DNA from: Eledone cirrhosa
Lineage: Eukaryota
DNA: 64,000 nt
Assembly (NCBI GenBank): GCA_964016885.1
Contig: CAXHJY010001713.1
Span: 13,647 to 77,646 of the forward strand
Reading direction: 5' to 3'
Under the pieces are notes generated by a model. It saw only the letters and a program-made list of their open reading frames with translations. It had not been told where the DNA came from and did not search any database. Both the position numbers and the translations under genes were made by a program. Below, piece by piece: positions 20,491 to 34,044 of this stretch. Position 1 is the stretch's first letter; every line of letters starts with the position of its first letter.

Positions 20491-21692
20491 TAACACTTCT
20501 GCGTGTTGACTATATACATATATAATTGAAGACTATATACATATATAATTGTAAACTACGATATTTTATGAGAAATGAAAACTTTAAATAATTTCTATAA
20601 AAACCTTCGATTTCCTCAGATGATTCCATAATATTCATTTTTATTTGTCTGTTATTGTTGTTATATTATTATTCTAGTTCCATTAGCATACTACTGAACT
20701 TAGTAGAAGGTCGAAGATGACACTGATTTCAATAGTTTGATAAAAACAGTAAAAAAAACAAACAAAATATTTTGTGGTGACAATTGTATGTAGTTTGGCA
20801 TTGATAAATGTACAAATGCAGTTTTGGAAGAAAGGAAGGAAGGCAGGAAGAAAGAACCAGCTATCAACTCACACACTATAGAATTAACAACGAGAGAGGG
20901 AGAGAAGGGGGAGAACGAGAGAGAGAGAAAGAGAAAGCAAGAGAGAGAGAACAAGAGAGAGCAAGCAAGAGAGAGAAAGAAAGGAGAGAGAGAGAGAGGG
21001 AGAGAGAGCGAGAGAGAGAGGGAGAGAGAGCGAGAGAGCGAGAGAGCGAGAGAGAGAGAGAGAGAGACAGCAATAAAAGATCAAACATATTTTGATTTTG
21101 TCATCAATAATTAAAAGGAATCTCACCAGGAAAATGACAAGGAGATTCTATAAAACGAGAAGGATAAATTATAAAATCTAATTCAAGATTCATATTTTTT
21201 CTGAAGCCATAAAAACACTACAGTTTTAATTTTATATAATTTATCTGACCAGATTAATTTACTATTAGTAATACTATCACACCATTGAATACTTGGTCTT
21301 TGGATTCATCCATGCCTTATTCCACTAAATGTCTTGTCATTGTCTTCTAGTGTGCAGGTTTAGCTGGCCTCCTACAAGGAGGTGTCTTGGGTGATTAAAT
21401 GATATGGACCCCAGTCCTATAATCTCATTTCTACAGCTGAGTAAACTAGAAACTTGTTTAATTTCATTTAGGTCTCGAAGGGAAGAAACAGAATTGGTTT
21501 TTGTTTGGTTTTGAAACATTACAAGTAAAAGAAGATATAATGAAATTCTGTAGCAGAATCTGATTATAATATCCAAAGTAAGTTGTTAAGATTCAATAGA
21601 ATTAAGCTTCATGAAGCGAATAACTATAGTTGGATATTGTAGTTATATGAACGAACTAATACAATGAATGAAGTATTATAGTACATGAGAGA

Positions 21693-21975
21693 GAGATATG
21701 CCGGCCTCCCATGTACATCAGTCATTGTACGTAAAAGGAGAGTAAGATTTGCTGGCCACTGCCATCGTGCCACCTACGAGGCTGTGTCCTCATTAGTACT
21801 TTGAAACGACAAGCAGTCACTAATAACAGGGGGCGCAAGCTCTCCTACCCCGATGTCATATCCAGAGATTCTGGTATTGAAATCCAAGACTTGGCAACGG
21901 CAATGAACGACATACCCACGTGGAGATCAATTGTTGAGTCCATTTCGGCTGTGGCTGCCGTATGATGATGATGAT
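21693..21975 (+). pseudogene. 3' end of RTE-like LINE with (GAT)n tail
   Basis: YAGLPCTSVIVRKRRVRFAGHCHR...RGRKLSYPDVISRDSG...AMNDIPTWRSIV followed by tgatgatgatgat. Confidence 0.8.
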
Positions 21976-22040
21976 ATGACTAAAGGAAAGTTGTGCTTAA
22001 TATTTATTTCAGCAATTGAAAGGGAAAGCCGACAAAACGC

Positions 22041-22108
22041 CCCCAGTGCATTACTGGTACTTTATTTTATCGACCCCGTAAGGATGAAAGGCAAAGTTAA
22101 CCTCGGCG
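22041..22108 (-). mobile_element. SINE family 1 core fragment
   Basis: Near-exact core match. Confidence 0.85.
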
Positions 22109-22754
22109 TGGAAACACAATAAGGAATTCACAGTTTTTCGAATATCTCCGAAAAACAATATGATTTTCAAATCCAGGCTCACTAAAATACCAAGTGTCAT
22201 AATTCATGTTAGCAATAGTTTTTTAGTCTTCTCTTTGAACTCTTCATATAGCCTTAGTCAATGTAGCAGACCAACATGGTGGATTACATAGAAAGGGGTA
22301 ATGGGGTAATAGCAAAGTTATCCTTACCAACTCTTTGTTGGTAACCAAAAACTAAAAGGAAATAATGTTATTTTGGGTCTCATTAATATTGCAAAAGAAT
22401 TTAATGAGAACATTAAAATATAATATGGCCTGGAAAGATATTGAGAATATAACAAGGCTGACTAACAAGTTAGTTAATTTGTAACGCCTGGTAAGGGAAA
22501 TAATACATGTGCAGGATAAATGATTTTTGTGGGTTGTTAGGCGTGGATGAAAGCAAAGTTCTATTATGCGAAAGATGAGAGAATGAGTATTTTGAATGAG
22601 TATTTTGAATGAATTGAAACTATTTCAAAGAATCGTGAATAACAAGAATATTGTCATTGTCACTAACGTATTTTAAATACCAAACATATCATGTGACCTT
22701 TGACTGGAACGGTATAGCATTAAATACAAAAAAAGAAGTTACACAGGATATTTA

Positions 22755-22806
<52 letters not shown>

Positions 22807-22973
22807 GAATATATATATATTTGGTGGTAGCACTAAGGCAGTGTTTAATCATAATAGAGGTGTATATGTAAACATATATACTACGTCTATATATATATAC
22901 AATAAACATATAGGTAGTCTCACTACCGAAGAAAAGATACTTTTTCATAACGAAAGGAAATGAGAAAACAAAA

Positions 22974-23016
<43 letters not shown>

Positions 23017-23019
<3 letters not shown>

Positions 23020-23471
23020 TAAGTTCCCAACTTACGAACGAGTTCGTTAGTTGATTTGTTCGTAAGTTGATCGTCTAACACAGTACCTACCAGAATCAAT
23101 GTTACATTGATTCTGCAGGCTTCCATATGAGGTATATATAACCAGTATATAGAGGTATATATAACATGTAATAAGAAATTTAATTGCTGTAAATCTTTCG
23201 ACAATAAATTATTAAAGAAAAAAATGTACTTTTTCAAATCTGCGAAAACAGAATGACCCCCCCCCCCCCCCCCCCCCCATACTGTAGGAACGATTTCCGC
23301 TTTTTTTTTAATTTTTTTTTTTTTGCTGCAAAAGAAGGAGCATAGGGCCCGAAAGAGCCCAGAAAAAAGCAAATTTCAAACACAGACATCATTTTTTTCT
23401 TTTTTTCGTGAGACTGTTCGTATTTGCGTCGTAAGTTCGGAAGTTGGATGTTCGTAAGGCGGGACTTACTG
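23017..23471. mobile_element. Tc1/mariner-pogo (Tigger-like) MITE
   Basis: TIRs cagtaagttcccaacttacgaac / gttcgtaaggcgggacttactg, TA on both sides, subterminal ttcgtaag repeats. Confidence 0.85.
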
Positions 23472-23517
<46 letters not shown>

Positions 23518-23518
<1 letters not shown>

Positions 23519-23985
23519 GAGTAAAATGACCGGAGACAAACTAGTGAAATTACTTCAAAGATTTATTATAGTAAACACTATGTACAGTTCAGTGACCAAG
23601 TTCCGTAAGATCCTGGTGACATCATCAGGTGTTTATTGCATAAAAAGTTATATATGCGCATATATATGGGTGGGGGGTAACAAATAGCAAAATTGTCTTA
23701 ACCTGAATGCAAATACATTCAGATTAAAAAGGAGCCAACCACGAACCAACGCCAATATGAACTATCTTAAAATGTGAAATACATATTTGACACAACATGT
23801 CTGGAAAATAAAGAAAAAGAAACCAGGTTACTCACGGCTCTGATGCTCTCAAGTATAATCCTTTTTATTTTATTTAGTTATTTTTTTTATATTGAAAAGT
23901 TCATGGATGTTTGTATATTCAAATGCAATGTGGAATGAAGAATCTGGATTTTATCCTCCTCAATTGTAATTGACCTGTGGATAAA
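23518..23985 (-). mobile_element. PLE-like remnant with degenerate HHR at 23594-23635
   Basis: Minus strand taaacac-CTGATGA-tgtcaccaggatcttac-GGAA-cttg-GTC; ends ~75 nt downstream at a (TA)n tract; upstream extent uncertain. Confidence 0.45.
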
Positions 23986-24000
23986 TAACTACAGTCAAAA

Positions 24001-24197
24001 TAATTGTTTCTACTTTTGGCACAAGGCCAGCAATTACCCAGTGTATTACTGGTACTTTATTTTATCGACCCCGTAAGGATGAAAGGCAAAGTCAACCTCG
24101 GCGGGATTTGAACTCAGAATGGCAAGGGCCGTAACTCTATGCGTCAAAGCATGGCGTCCGACCCTCTACCGATACTGCCAACCCACTGCCAATCCAC
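24001..24197 (-). mobile_element. SINE family 1, full-length with 17-bp target-site duplication
   Basis: actacagtcaaaataat at 23988-24004 and 24196-24212. Confidence 0.95.
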
Positions 24198-24207
24198 TAC
24201 AGTCAAA

Positions 24208-24427
24208 ATAATGGTTTCTTATATAGGCACAAGGCCATTAATTTTTGGAGAAGAGAAAGTCAATTAAATCGGCCCTAGTGCGTGACTGGTACTTTATTTT
24301 ATCGACCCCGTAAGGATGAAAGGCAAAGTTAACCTCGGCGGGATTTGAACTCAGATCATAAAGGGCCGTAATTCTATGCTGCAAAGCATGGCTTCCAACC
24401 CTCTACCGATACTGCCAATGCACCGCC
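24208..24427 (-). mobile_element. SINE family 1, full-length long-tail copy
   Basis: Head, core and long tail all present. Confidence 0.95.
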
Positions 24428-24656
24428 CTGACTATAATAAAAACAATAGCAGCAACAACAGACTTAATTCAATACAGTAATCTTTCAGCATCAGGTATAG
24501 CAATGCAGAAGTTAGCTAATGAATTGAGATAAACATGGAATATAAGAATTATGCCAATCATTCTTTTTGGAATAACTACAAGAGACCTGCAGAAATTCCA
24601 TATCATATAAACGTTCTTATTTCTATTTTACTGCATACATTTGTAGATTATTATAT

Positions 24657-24848
24657 GTGGATTGGCAGTATCGGTAGAGGGTCTGATGCCATGCTTTGCA
24701 GCGAAGAGTTATGGCTCTTTACAGACTGAGTTCAAATCCCGCCGAAGTTAACTTTGCCTTTCATCCTTAAGGGGGTCGATAAAATGAAGTACCAGTAATA
24801 CACTGGAATAATTGCTGGCCTTGTGCCAAAAGTAGAAACAATTATTAT
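24657..24848 (+). mobile_element. SINE family 1, full-length
   Basis: gtggattggcagtatcggtagagg...agtagaaacaattatta. Confidence 0.95.
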
Positions 24849-25429
24849 ATATTGTTTTATATTAAAGTTTACGATCATGTCTTCGATTTCGTTTGTGTTG
24901 AACACGTAATACTCGAAAGCGAAACATTATGTCCAAAACGTTGAATATATTTTCGCCTTTATTACACAGTTAAGGTTGTTAAAAGCGTAACACTCGAAAA
25001 ATTATTGCAGCAAGTTGAATAATGTTACAAAGTCATCTAGATGGTCAATATTTATCTTTATAGAAACCGCCAACTTATTTTTTAGAATAAGCATTGGCAC
25101 ATTATAAACAAAATAACAAGATTATTACATTCTATTAAAGAATGTTCTATGTTTGGGTATTTGTAATGGAAACTTTAGATAACAGAAATTTCTAATGAAG
25201 TGTAATGATTCATAGACAACAACTACGATTCGTCAGTGAAAATACCAAAATATGTGAAATATTCTCGCAACTGAAATTTAATTCCATGCTAATCATTATC
25301 TAGATTTCCCTCCCTGTTCATCAGTAATTTAGTAGTCACGGCTTTCATTAACGATACACGCTATTTTCGTCCAAAATAAATCAGAAATATATTTTTCAGT
25401 GAACACACGTGTATTCATGTATAGTTTCA

Positions 25430-25660
25430 GCCGCCATTCATGGAATCTCTATCTGGTCACTGAAGCTATTTGAAATATTAGCCATATTTCTTTCAAATTT
25501 AACCCTAACGTCTTATAAAGTAAATCAAGGACGCATTGTTTATTGAGGTTCAACATGCACTGTACCTGAGAAACATACAGAATCGCCCTGACTGGAATAT
25601 GCTTTATGATAATATTTGTTGGAACAGGGTTGTCCCAGGGCTAAACAAGGCAATAACAAC
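25430..25660 (+). mobile_element. Old interspersed repeat with (AAC)n-like tail; related fragments near 2490, 15425, 32350, 43375, 52335, 52585 and 57890
   Basis: Shared motifs gaaatagcagccaaat..ccctcaaat and ggatggtcacg.ctggaa...gatcatag...gggctaaacaac. Confidence 0.55.
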
Positions 25661-26288
25661 GCATACACTCAGATTTTAAACTATTATAGGATTGTAATTA
25701 AGTTAAGAAAAAAAATCATATTTTAATCTTAAAAAATAAATATAGGCATTTCTCTAAAACGAATAAGGGCTTAACTTCTGTCAAACCCGATTACATTAAC
25801 TAATCTATGAGTGAAAAGCATAAAAAAGGTTCTTGAACAGTGAAAAGAAAATTAACCTAGAAACACTTTGAATAAAATGTTTTTGCAAATTTAGTTACAA
25901 ACGGGAAAATAGAAATAAATAGGGCCACTCAACAGTTTAACATGTTGCTTGCTATATCTAATTTTCTTACCGAAATGTTTAACGACCAAACACTTCTTAA
26001 TAGCTAAAAGTGATTCTGATTCTTTACTGTATATATTTGAAGTATAAAAGAATAGAAAAACGCACATTGATATGAATAAACAGGTCTGTCATTTGAAACC
26101 GTAAATAAGTGAACTGTGACTGAGGAGTTAAAGTTGCCTTCAGCGATGATAGAATGACAACATCTTATAAGAAAGGAGTAGATACGAGACAAAAGAGTAC
26201 GGACAGTAAACAGAAACGAAGAAATAACAAACGTATCCGAACAGTGAGGTGGGAAAAGAGAGGGGAACGACACATACGATTGAAATCG

Positions 26289-26349
<61 letters not shown>

Positions 26350-26399
26350 ATATAGATAGAGAGAGAGAGAGAGAGAGAGATAGGGTGTGTGATTCAGTG

Positions 26400-26442
<43 letters not shown>

Positions 26443-27495
26443 ACCACACACGTGTGTGTATGTCTATGTCCAAATAATGTAAGTATATAAGAAAACAACA
26501 AATATAAAAAGCTTAAGGGAAGAATAGGCATCTAGATATATAAGTATTGGTAAGTATTTGGGAAGACTTGTTTGGGTTGAGAGAGAGAAACGATTAAAAA
26601 GGAAATGAAAAGATTGATTTGACATAATTCTCATGGGAATTATACTGGAGCAGATGGTACTCCTGTTCATTGAAACATGAAGACATTCGACTATCTACTA
26701 TAACCAACTTTTGCCTCTATTCCTCCGTCTCTTTAAAGATGTAGTTACTTCCAATCATAGTCTCGCGAGATGATAAACTCATACACAAATATGTCAAAAG
26801 TAAACCACCCCGATCCATACGGCCCTTAGGAGTCAGCACCATTTGCCACCAAAGAATTGCGATTATCTCCCCTGAGTGACGAAATTACGGAAGTGGTCGC
26901 AAAAGCAGGTGATACGTCAATGTTCGCCACCTTTTCTAAGAAGTCGGTATCCTAGTTTGTGCTGAGCAGGGTGGGGAGAAGAAAACACGGGTTCAAAAAA
27001 TATCTACACACGATATTATAGTAACAAATGCCTCTGTGACTTTCTAAGTGTTTGAAAAGGTTAAACTAGCAACAAGTAAAACACAAAGATAACCAGAGAC
27101 TACAAACACTGAAGGTTTCAAGTGAGAGTATTCTTCTTTCACAAACTTTTAGAAGGAGTGCCACTTCCAGCGCATCTCCCTTACCATCCTCCGGAGAAAC
27201 GCCTTCTCCATTCTGTTAGCTGGGGCTGTGGGGAGGCCAGCACGTGGAACCCCATTTGCACACCATACAGAGAGATGGGGGAGGGCGAGAGAGATGGAGG
27301 CGATGACAGTGGGAGTTCGGCTCTTCTACGTTCGGACCATATCCTTGTGGATGTGTTTAGAAGTAATTCTATACTAAGAACGTGTGTTAATGCTGCTACT
27401 ACCACTTCTTGTCCAATACATACATATAGACATATATAGCTCCTGTATTATAATGTCAGCTTTTAAATATACACGCGAACACACACATACACAGA

Positions 27496-27547
<52 letters not shown>

Positions 27548-27959
27548 GACACGTGTGATGAATGGCCTTCAGGAACGAATTAACTTCGTGACTCAATGTT
27601 CCACTGTATTTGCTTTTAGAGAGAATATATCTGGTACGAAATCATTTAATATATTTTTTCTTAGTCAAAGTGGTTCTTTTATGTCTCCAGAACACGTTGA
27701 AAAAATGAAGAAGTTATCCTCAGACCGGGGACCAACAATATATTATTAAGGGAGATTTTCCTACTACTTCTTGAACCATGAGCGATCACTTAGAGACCCC
27801 CCTCATCGACTGGTGGGTTTCCTAAACTGTTTATCACGTTTGGGAAAGTGTGTGTTTGAGCTGAAGATAACAGTTTCATGCCATTCTTCCGTAATTTATG
27901 TTTCGGAAGATTACTTTCAAAGGTGTATTATGATACAACATTTGAAAGTTTTTAGATGA

Positions 27960-28270
27960 GTGGTTGAATTTTTCAGTGAAGTGCATAAGTAGCCAAATGT
28001 GAGATTTACTATTGAAAGGGAAGAAGTGGTTGTAGAAAAGACTGTATCTACTAAATGGAAGTTTGATTTATAGTCATAGCTATCTTATTTTAATTGGATA
28101 CTTAATCCGCTTGAAAATGACATCAATTCCACCAATCACAAGGACTGATATAAATCTAAAGCTCCCTACAAATTGAATATTTACATATACATAGTGCCTA
28201 TGTGATAATTGGGTTCAACAGGTACAACAGTCCGGGACCTTGAGACTCAAAGAAGAGTTCGTGAAGACCT
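27960..28270 (+). pseudogene. Possible highly degraded Penelope-like RT / GIY-YIG fragments
   Basis: EFFSEVHK*PNVRFTIEREE resembles PLE RT LN..HPNIKFT.E.E; GTTVRDLETQRRVRED resembles GIY-YIG G.T.R.L..R..EH. Confidence 0.35.
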
Positions 28271-28442
28271 AATGCCCTCTTCTCACAAAATGCCATTCAC
28301 CCACTTGAATTTTGAAAGGAAGTCTTCTCACGAAACCCTAAAACAATATCGCCCCTCTTTGCAAAATTTTCTCGGTGATACTGCATATACAAACAGATTC
28401 TCGAATACACATCTATATATATATATATACACACACACACAT

Positions 28443-28501
28443 GTTCGGATTTAGCTGTCAAAACGGCCGGAGCTCAGCCGTCGGGGTCCTGACTCTTTTG
28501 C

Positions 28502-28503
<2 letters not shown>
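28443..28503 (+). mobile_element. HHR element family A fragment
   Basis: ttagctgtcaaaacggccggagctcagccgtcggggtcct homologous to 55036-55075; microsatellite-flanked. Confidence 0.7.
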
Positions 28504-28533
<30 letters not shown>

Positions 28534-28574
28534 TTTTGCAAAGAGGGGCGAAACATAAATTACGGACGAATAGT

Positions 28575-28687
28575 ATTAAACTCCCGCCGAGGGATTTTCA
28601 TCCTTATGGGGTCGATAAAATAAAATAAAGTAGCAGTAATGCACTGGAATAATTGCTGGCCTTGTGCCCAAAGTAGAAACCCTTATT
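28575..28687 (+). mobile_element. SINE family 1, 3' fragment
   Basis: ttcatccttatggggtcgataaaa...gctggccttgtgcccaaagtagaaac. Confidence 0.85.
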
Positions 28688-28752
28688 TTGACATATATTA
28701 GTTACGACGCGTTACATTCAGAGTTCAAGTATCGGTGAAGTCATGTCCTCTT

Positions 28753-30880
28753 CAGTCTCTTGCCTGGGACTCTCCCTATTGTCGGCCACTTCATTACTAC
28801 AGTCTCTTGCCTGGGACTCTTCCTATTGTCGGCCACTTCATTACTACAGTCTCTTGCCTGGGACTCTCCCTATTGTCGGCCACTTCATTACTACAGTCTC
28901 TTGCCTGGGACTCTCCCTATTGTAGGCCACTTCATTACTTCAGTCTCTTGCCTGGGACTCTCCCTATTGTAGGCCACTTCATTACTACAGTCTCTTGCCT
29001 GGTACTCTCCCTATTGTAGGTCACTTCATTACTACAGTCTCTTGCCTGGTACTCTCCCTATTGTAGGCCACTTCATTACTACAGTCTCTTGCCTGGGACT
29101 CTCCCTATTGTAGGCCACTTCATTACTACAGTCTCTTGCCTGGTACTCTCCCTATTGTAGGCCACTTCATTACTACAGTCTCTTGCCTGGGACTCTCCCT
29201 ATTGTAGGCCACTTCATTACTACAGTCTCTTGCCTGGGACTCTCCCTATTGTAGGTCACTTCATTACTACAGTCTCTTGCCTGGGACTCTCCCTATTGTC
29301 GGCCACTTCATTACTACAGTCTCTTGCCTGGGACTCTCCCTATTGTCAGCCACTTCATTATTACAGTCTCTTGCCTGGGACTCTCCCTATTGTAGGCCAC
29401 TACATTACTACAGTCTCTTGCCTGGGACTCTCCCTATTGTCGGCCACTTCACTACTACAGTCTCTTGCCTGGGACTCTCCCTATTGTCGGCCACTTCATT
29501 ACTACAGTCTCTTGCCTGGGACTCTCCCTATTGTCGGCCACTTCATTACTACAGTCTCTTGCCTGGGACTCTCCCTATTGTCGGCCACTTCATTACTACA
29601 GTCTCTTGCCTGGGACTCTCCCTATTGTCAGCCACTTCATTACTACAGTCTCTTGCCTGGGACTCTCCCTATTGTCAGCCACTTCATTACTACAGTCTCT
29701 TGCCTGGGACTCTCCCTATTGTCAGCCACTTCATTACTACAGTCTCTTGCCTGGGACTCTCCCTATTGTCAGCCACTTCATTACTACAGTCTCTTGCCTG
29801 GGACTCTCCCTATTGTAGGCCACTTCATTACTACAATCTCTTGCCTGGGACTCTCCCTATTGTAGGCCACTTCATTACTACAGTCTCTTGCCTGGGACTC
29901 TCCCTATTGTCAGCCACTTCATTACTACAATCATTGCCTGGGACTCTCCCTATTGTCAGCCACTTCATTACTACAGTCTCTTACCTGGGACTCTCCCTAT
30001 TGTCAGCCACTTTATTACTACAGTCTCTTGCCTGGGACTCTCCCTATTGTCAGCTACTTCATTACTACAATCTCTTGCCTGGGACTCTCCCTATTGTCAG
30101 CCACTTCATTACTACAGTCTCTTGCCTGGGACTCTCCCTATTGACGGCCACTTCATTATTACAGTCTCTTGCCTGGGACTCTCCCTATTGTCAGCCACTT
30201 CATTACCACAGTCTCTTGCCTGGGACTCTCCCTATTGTCGGCCACTTCATTACTACAGTCTCTTGCCTGGGACTCTCCCTATTGTCAGCCACTTCATTAC
30301 TACAGTCTCTTGCCTGGGACTCTCCCTATTGTCAGCCACTTCATTACTACAGTCTCTTGCCTGGGACTCTCCCTATTGTCGGCCACTTCATTACTACAGT
30401 CTCTTGCCTGGGACTCTCCCTATTGTCGGCCACTTCATTACTACAGTCTCTTGCCTGGGACTCTCCCTATTGTCGGCCACTTCATTACTACAGTCTCTTG
30501 CCTGGGACTCTCCCTATTGTCGGCCACTTCATTACTACAGTCTCTTGCCTGGGACTCTCCCTATTGTCGGCCACTTCATTACTACAGTCTCTTGCCTGGG
30601 ACTCTCCCTATTGTCGGCCACTTCATTACTACAGTCTCTTGCCTGGGACTCTCCCTATTGTCAGCCACTTCATTACTACAGTCTCTTGCCTGGGACTCTC
30701 CCTATTGTCAGCCACTTCATTACTACAGTCTCTTGCCTGGGACTCTCCCTATTGTCAGCCACTTCATTACTACAGTCTCTTGCCTGGGACTCTCCCTATT
30801 GTCAGCCACTTCATTACTACAGTCTCTTGCCTGGGACTCTCCCTATTGTCAGCCACTTCATTACTACAATCATTGCCTTC
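28753..30880. repeat. 47-bp minisatellite, ~45 near-identical units
   Basis: Unit cagtctcttgcctgggactctccctattgtcggccacttcattacta with variants gtagg/gtcgg/gtcag; no spacers. Confidence 0.98.
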
Positions 30881-31054
30881 TACCGAAATACGTGGCATTG
30901 TGCTATATTAGAAATTATTATTTCCTAGTTATGTTCTGATAGGGACCAGCTGTTACACTGTTATATGTTCCCAGCATAAGGACGTCAGTGGGCGTCAACC
31001 ATAAGGTAAACGAAGGGGGCCCAGGGCATGTTACTATGGAAATATTACTGTTAC

Positions 31055-31135
31055 ATGTATATATATATACACACACATACATAAATACATATATATATAC
31101 GCACACACACACACACACATATATATGCACATATG

Positions 31136-31171
<36 letters not shown>

Positions 31172-31780
31172 TATATATACACATATATATGTATATATAT
31201 ACACACATATATATACATATGTATATATATACATATATACACATATGTATATATATGTATATATATACACACATATATATACATATGTATATATATACAT
31301 ATATACACATATGTATATATATACACACATATATATACATATGTATATATATACATATATACACATATGTATATATATACATATATATGTGTATATATGT
31401 ATATATACATATATACACATATATATGTATATATATACATATACACATATATATATATGTATATATTTACACACATATGTATATATACACACACATATAT
31501 ATACATATGTATATATATACATATATACACATATATATGTATATATATATATATACATATATATGTATATATATACACACATATATATGTATTTATATAT
31601 ATATACATATATATGTATATATATACACATATATATATATACATATGTATATATATACACACAGACACACACATATATATATATATATACATAAACACAC
31701 ACACACACGTATGTATTTGCTTGGGTATATATGTATGTATATATGTATGTATATATGTATGTATGCATGTATGTATGTAC
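31055..31780. repeat. TA/CA compound microsatellite
   Basis: Visible directly. Confidence 0.9.
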
Positions 31781-31954
31781 AAAAATAGATTGCTAGATCG
31801 ATAGTGAGATAACATTTATTAGATAATAAAAAAAAAAGCATCTTGATATCCACCATCTGCTCCTCATCCACCACCAGAGACCCCTACCTTTCTCTTTATT
31901 TCCCAGTTATTGTGTCGTATTTAAAAATGCAAAATTATGTATGTTAATCCCTAG

Positions 31955-32250
31955 ATCAGCTGGGAGCAAATAAACCTATCAGTCTTGAGCCTGAGAGCTC
32001 ACCAGGCCAGTACTTACTCCGGTTTCCGTGCCATTATGCGACTCAGAGTACAAAGCATCCCATGGACAGGACGCCAGTCCATCGCAGGCTTAACTCCCCA
32101 GCTATTGCTGGTTATCATTTTCAGCTGAGTATACTGGAATAACGTAAAATGAAGTGTTTTGCTCTAGAACACAACACAGCCCAGGATTCGAACCCACGAT
32201 ATTATAATCATAATTCTAACACCCTTACCACTAGGCCACACACCTCCACA
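31955..32250 (-). mobile_element. tRNA-derived SINE family 2
   Basis: Minus strand A-box GTGGCCTAGTGG, B-box GGTTCGAATCC, body ...gcgatggactggcgtcctgtcc; related 5' fragment at ~50870-50990. Confidence 0.85.
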
Positions 32251-33034
32251 GTCAACTATATTTCAGACATAATATTGTTTCTAGCTGGTAATAACCTACA
32301 TTGTGTAATGTAATGCCCTTATTACATTTTTTTAAAAAGACAGTAAACTATGATCTGATAGAGAATTAGTTGCTATTTTTAGCAGGTCAAGCGCCTTCAG
32401 CGTAAAAGCAACGCCGTGAAGAAGACTCAATTGAAATACTTAATTCCTATTGGTTGTTCTAAAATAAAAAAAAAAACACCCAATAGGCAGGCTGCTGTAA
32501 AAGTGATTCATGTGGTAGAAGGAGGGAGAGAGAGAGAGGGAGATAGAGAAAGTGTTAGGGGGAGAGAGTGTGTGATGGAGAGAGAATGAGTGAGAGAGTA
32601 AGAATTACCGTGTATAACATTACGTTATATTTCACAAGCTTTACAGCTTACAAAACACCCCGCCTTCACTTATAATCCGTCAAAGTCCAGCCCTCACTAA
32701 ACTGTATGTATGTATGCATGTATGTAGTATGTATATAATATGATATTTATGTGTGTATTTATGTATGTGTGTATGTAATATGTGTGTGTTTGTTTCTTAA
32801 ATTCTTAACGTGAAACTGCCTGTTCAGTCAGATATTGGTGTATTTTGGGTGAGGCATTCGGCTACTAAAAACACATGCATGGGTTATATTTCACTATTTT
32901 TGAAAATATATTATCAATTTATTTACTTACTATTTCATAATAAAAACGTTTGTGCTTTTAAAATGCAACACACACACTTACACACATACACACACACATA
33001 TATATATATATATGTGTATATATATATTTATAAG

Positions 33035-33112
33035 AACAGAAAGTTTAAGCAAAGAATCGCTGCTCCACCCTTAACGGGATCTTCTGATTTTAGTCTTCAC
33101 ATTTATTATTGC

Positions 33113-33113
<1 letters not shown>
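33035..33113. mobile_element. HHR element family B, internally deleted fold-back copy
   Basis: aagtttaagcaaagaatcgctgc..acccttaacgggatcttctga fused to ttttagtcttcacatttattatt. Confidence 0.75.
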
Positions 33114-33146
<33 letters not shown>

Positions 33147-34044
33147 CATACACACACGTACACATATATATATATATACACACACGTACACACATATATA
33201 TATATATATATATATATCATACAATCTAAACTATAATAAAGGAAGGTCTGCGGGACTGCATACGGTTTATTTTTTTTATCCCGTTAGTAAAATAAGTTGG
33301 ATTACTTTGAATAAATAATGAATGAATATTACATAATTTATCTACTAAATTTCGTAAACAAAAATAATTTCGTAAAAACAAATAATTTAAAATTGACTTC
33401 TTTTCAAAGTTGCACTTCCGGTATATCGTTGCCACCACTTCAATTACCATATATATAGAAAGAGAGAGTGTGTGATGTCAACACTTCCGGTGGCGATCAC
33501 TTAAATAAACATACTAATTTTCTGTCACTAATTTTCTCCTAATGCGTCTTTTTTTAATGTATCATGGATTACGTTACTGATTACATGAGACATTGTAACA
33601 ACGTCTTCGTTCACTTTCTGTTTATATTGTCAATTACGATTTTATTTGATGTATCATATCTACATGTATATATACTTGCGTATAATATCAATATACACAC
33701 TACATAATATCAATATACACATGCTAGCCGAAAACCACGCGAGGGGTGGTTTTTCTGCTTAGTATACTATAATATATATACATCAAAGTTGGTAGTGACT
33801 TTCCACATATGTTTAGATAATTATATAATTATTTATATGTTGTACATATAAAGTTTTCAACGTCGTCCTACAATTTATTGCATAACATCTTCCATAACCC
33901 CTCTTGTTTTATATATCTTGTTTGTCCCACGCTACACCCGACTTGGTCAGCCCCTTTTCGTCATTTCATATTTTATGTGCATGAATGAAGTTTGTAATTG
34001 TGTTCAGTGGTTAAATTAAAAAGAAATGTATTATAACGGTTCTT

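Noticed and set aside
22360-22420. ILGLIN peptide resembling an LTR-retrotransposon pol motif
   Set aside because: Too short, with no neighbouring motifs
25292-25330. Minus-strand CTGATGA...GAAA-tctaga-TA hammerhead-like string
   Set aside because: Stem II and stem I do not pair and it is not TA-flanked; probably chance
26860-26960. CpG-containing patch with ETS-like CGGAAGTG (also ACTTCCGG near 33414 and 33483)
   Set aside because: Short motifs with no associated gene; promoter call unsupported
28753-30880. CRISPR array or 544-aa protein in the 47-bp repeat
   Set aside because: Units abut with no unique spacers and no cas genes; ORFs occur in all three frames because the unit rotates frame
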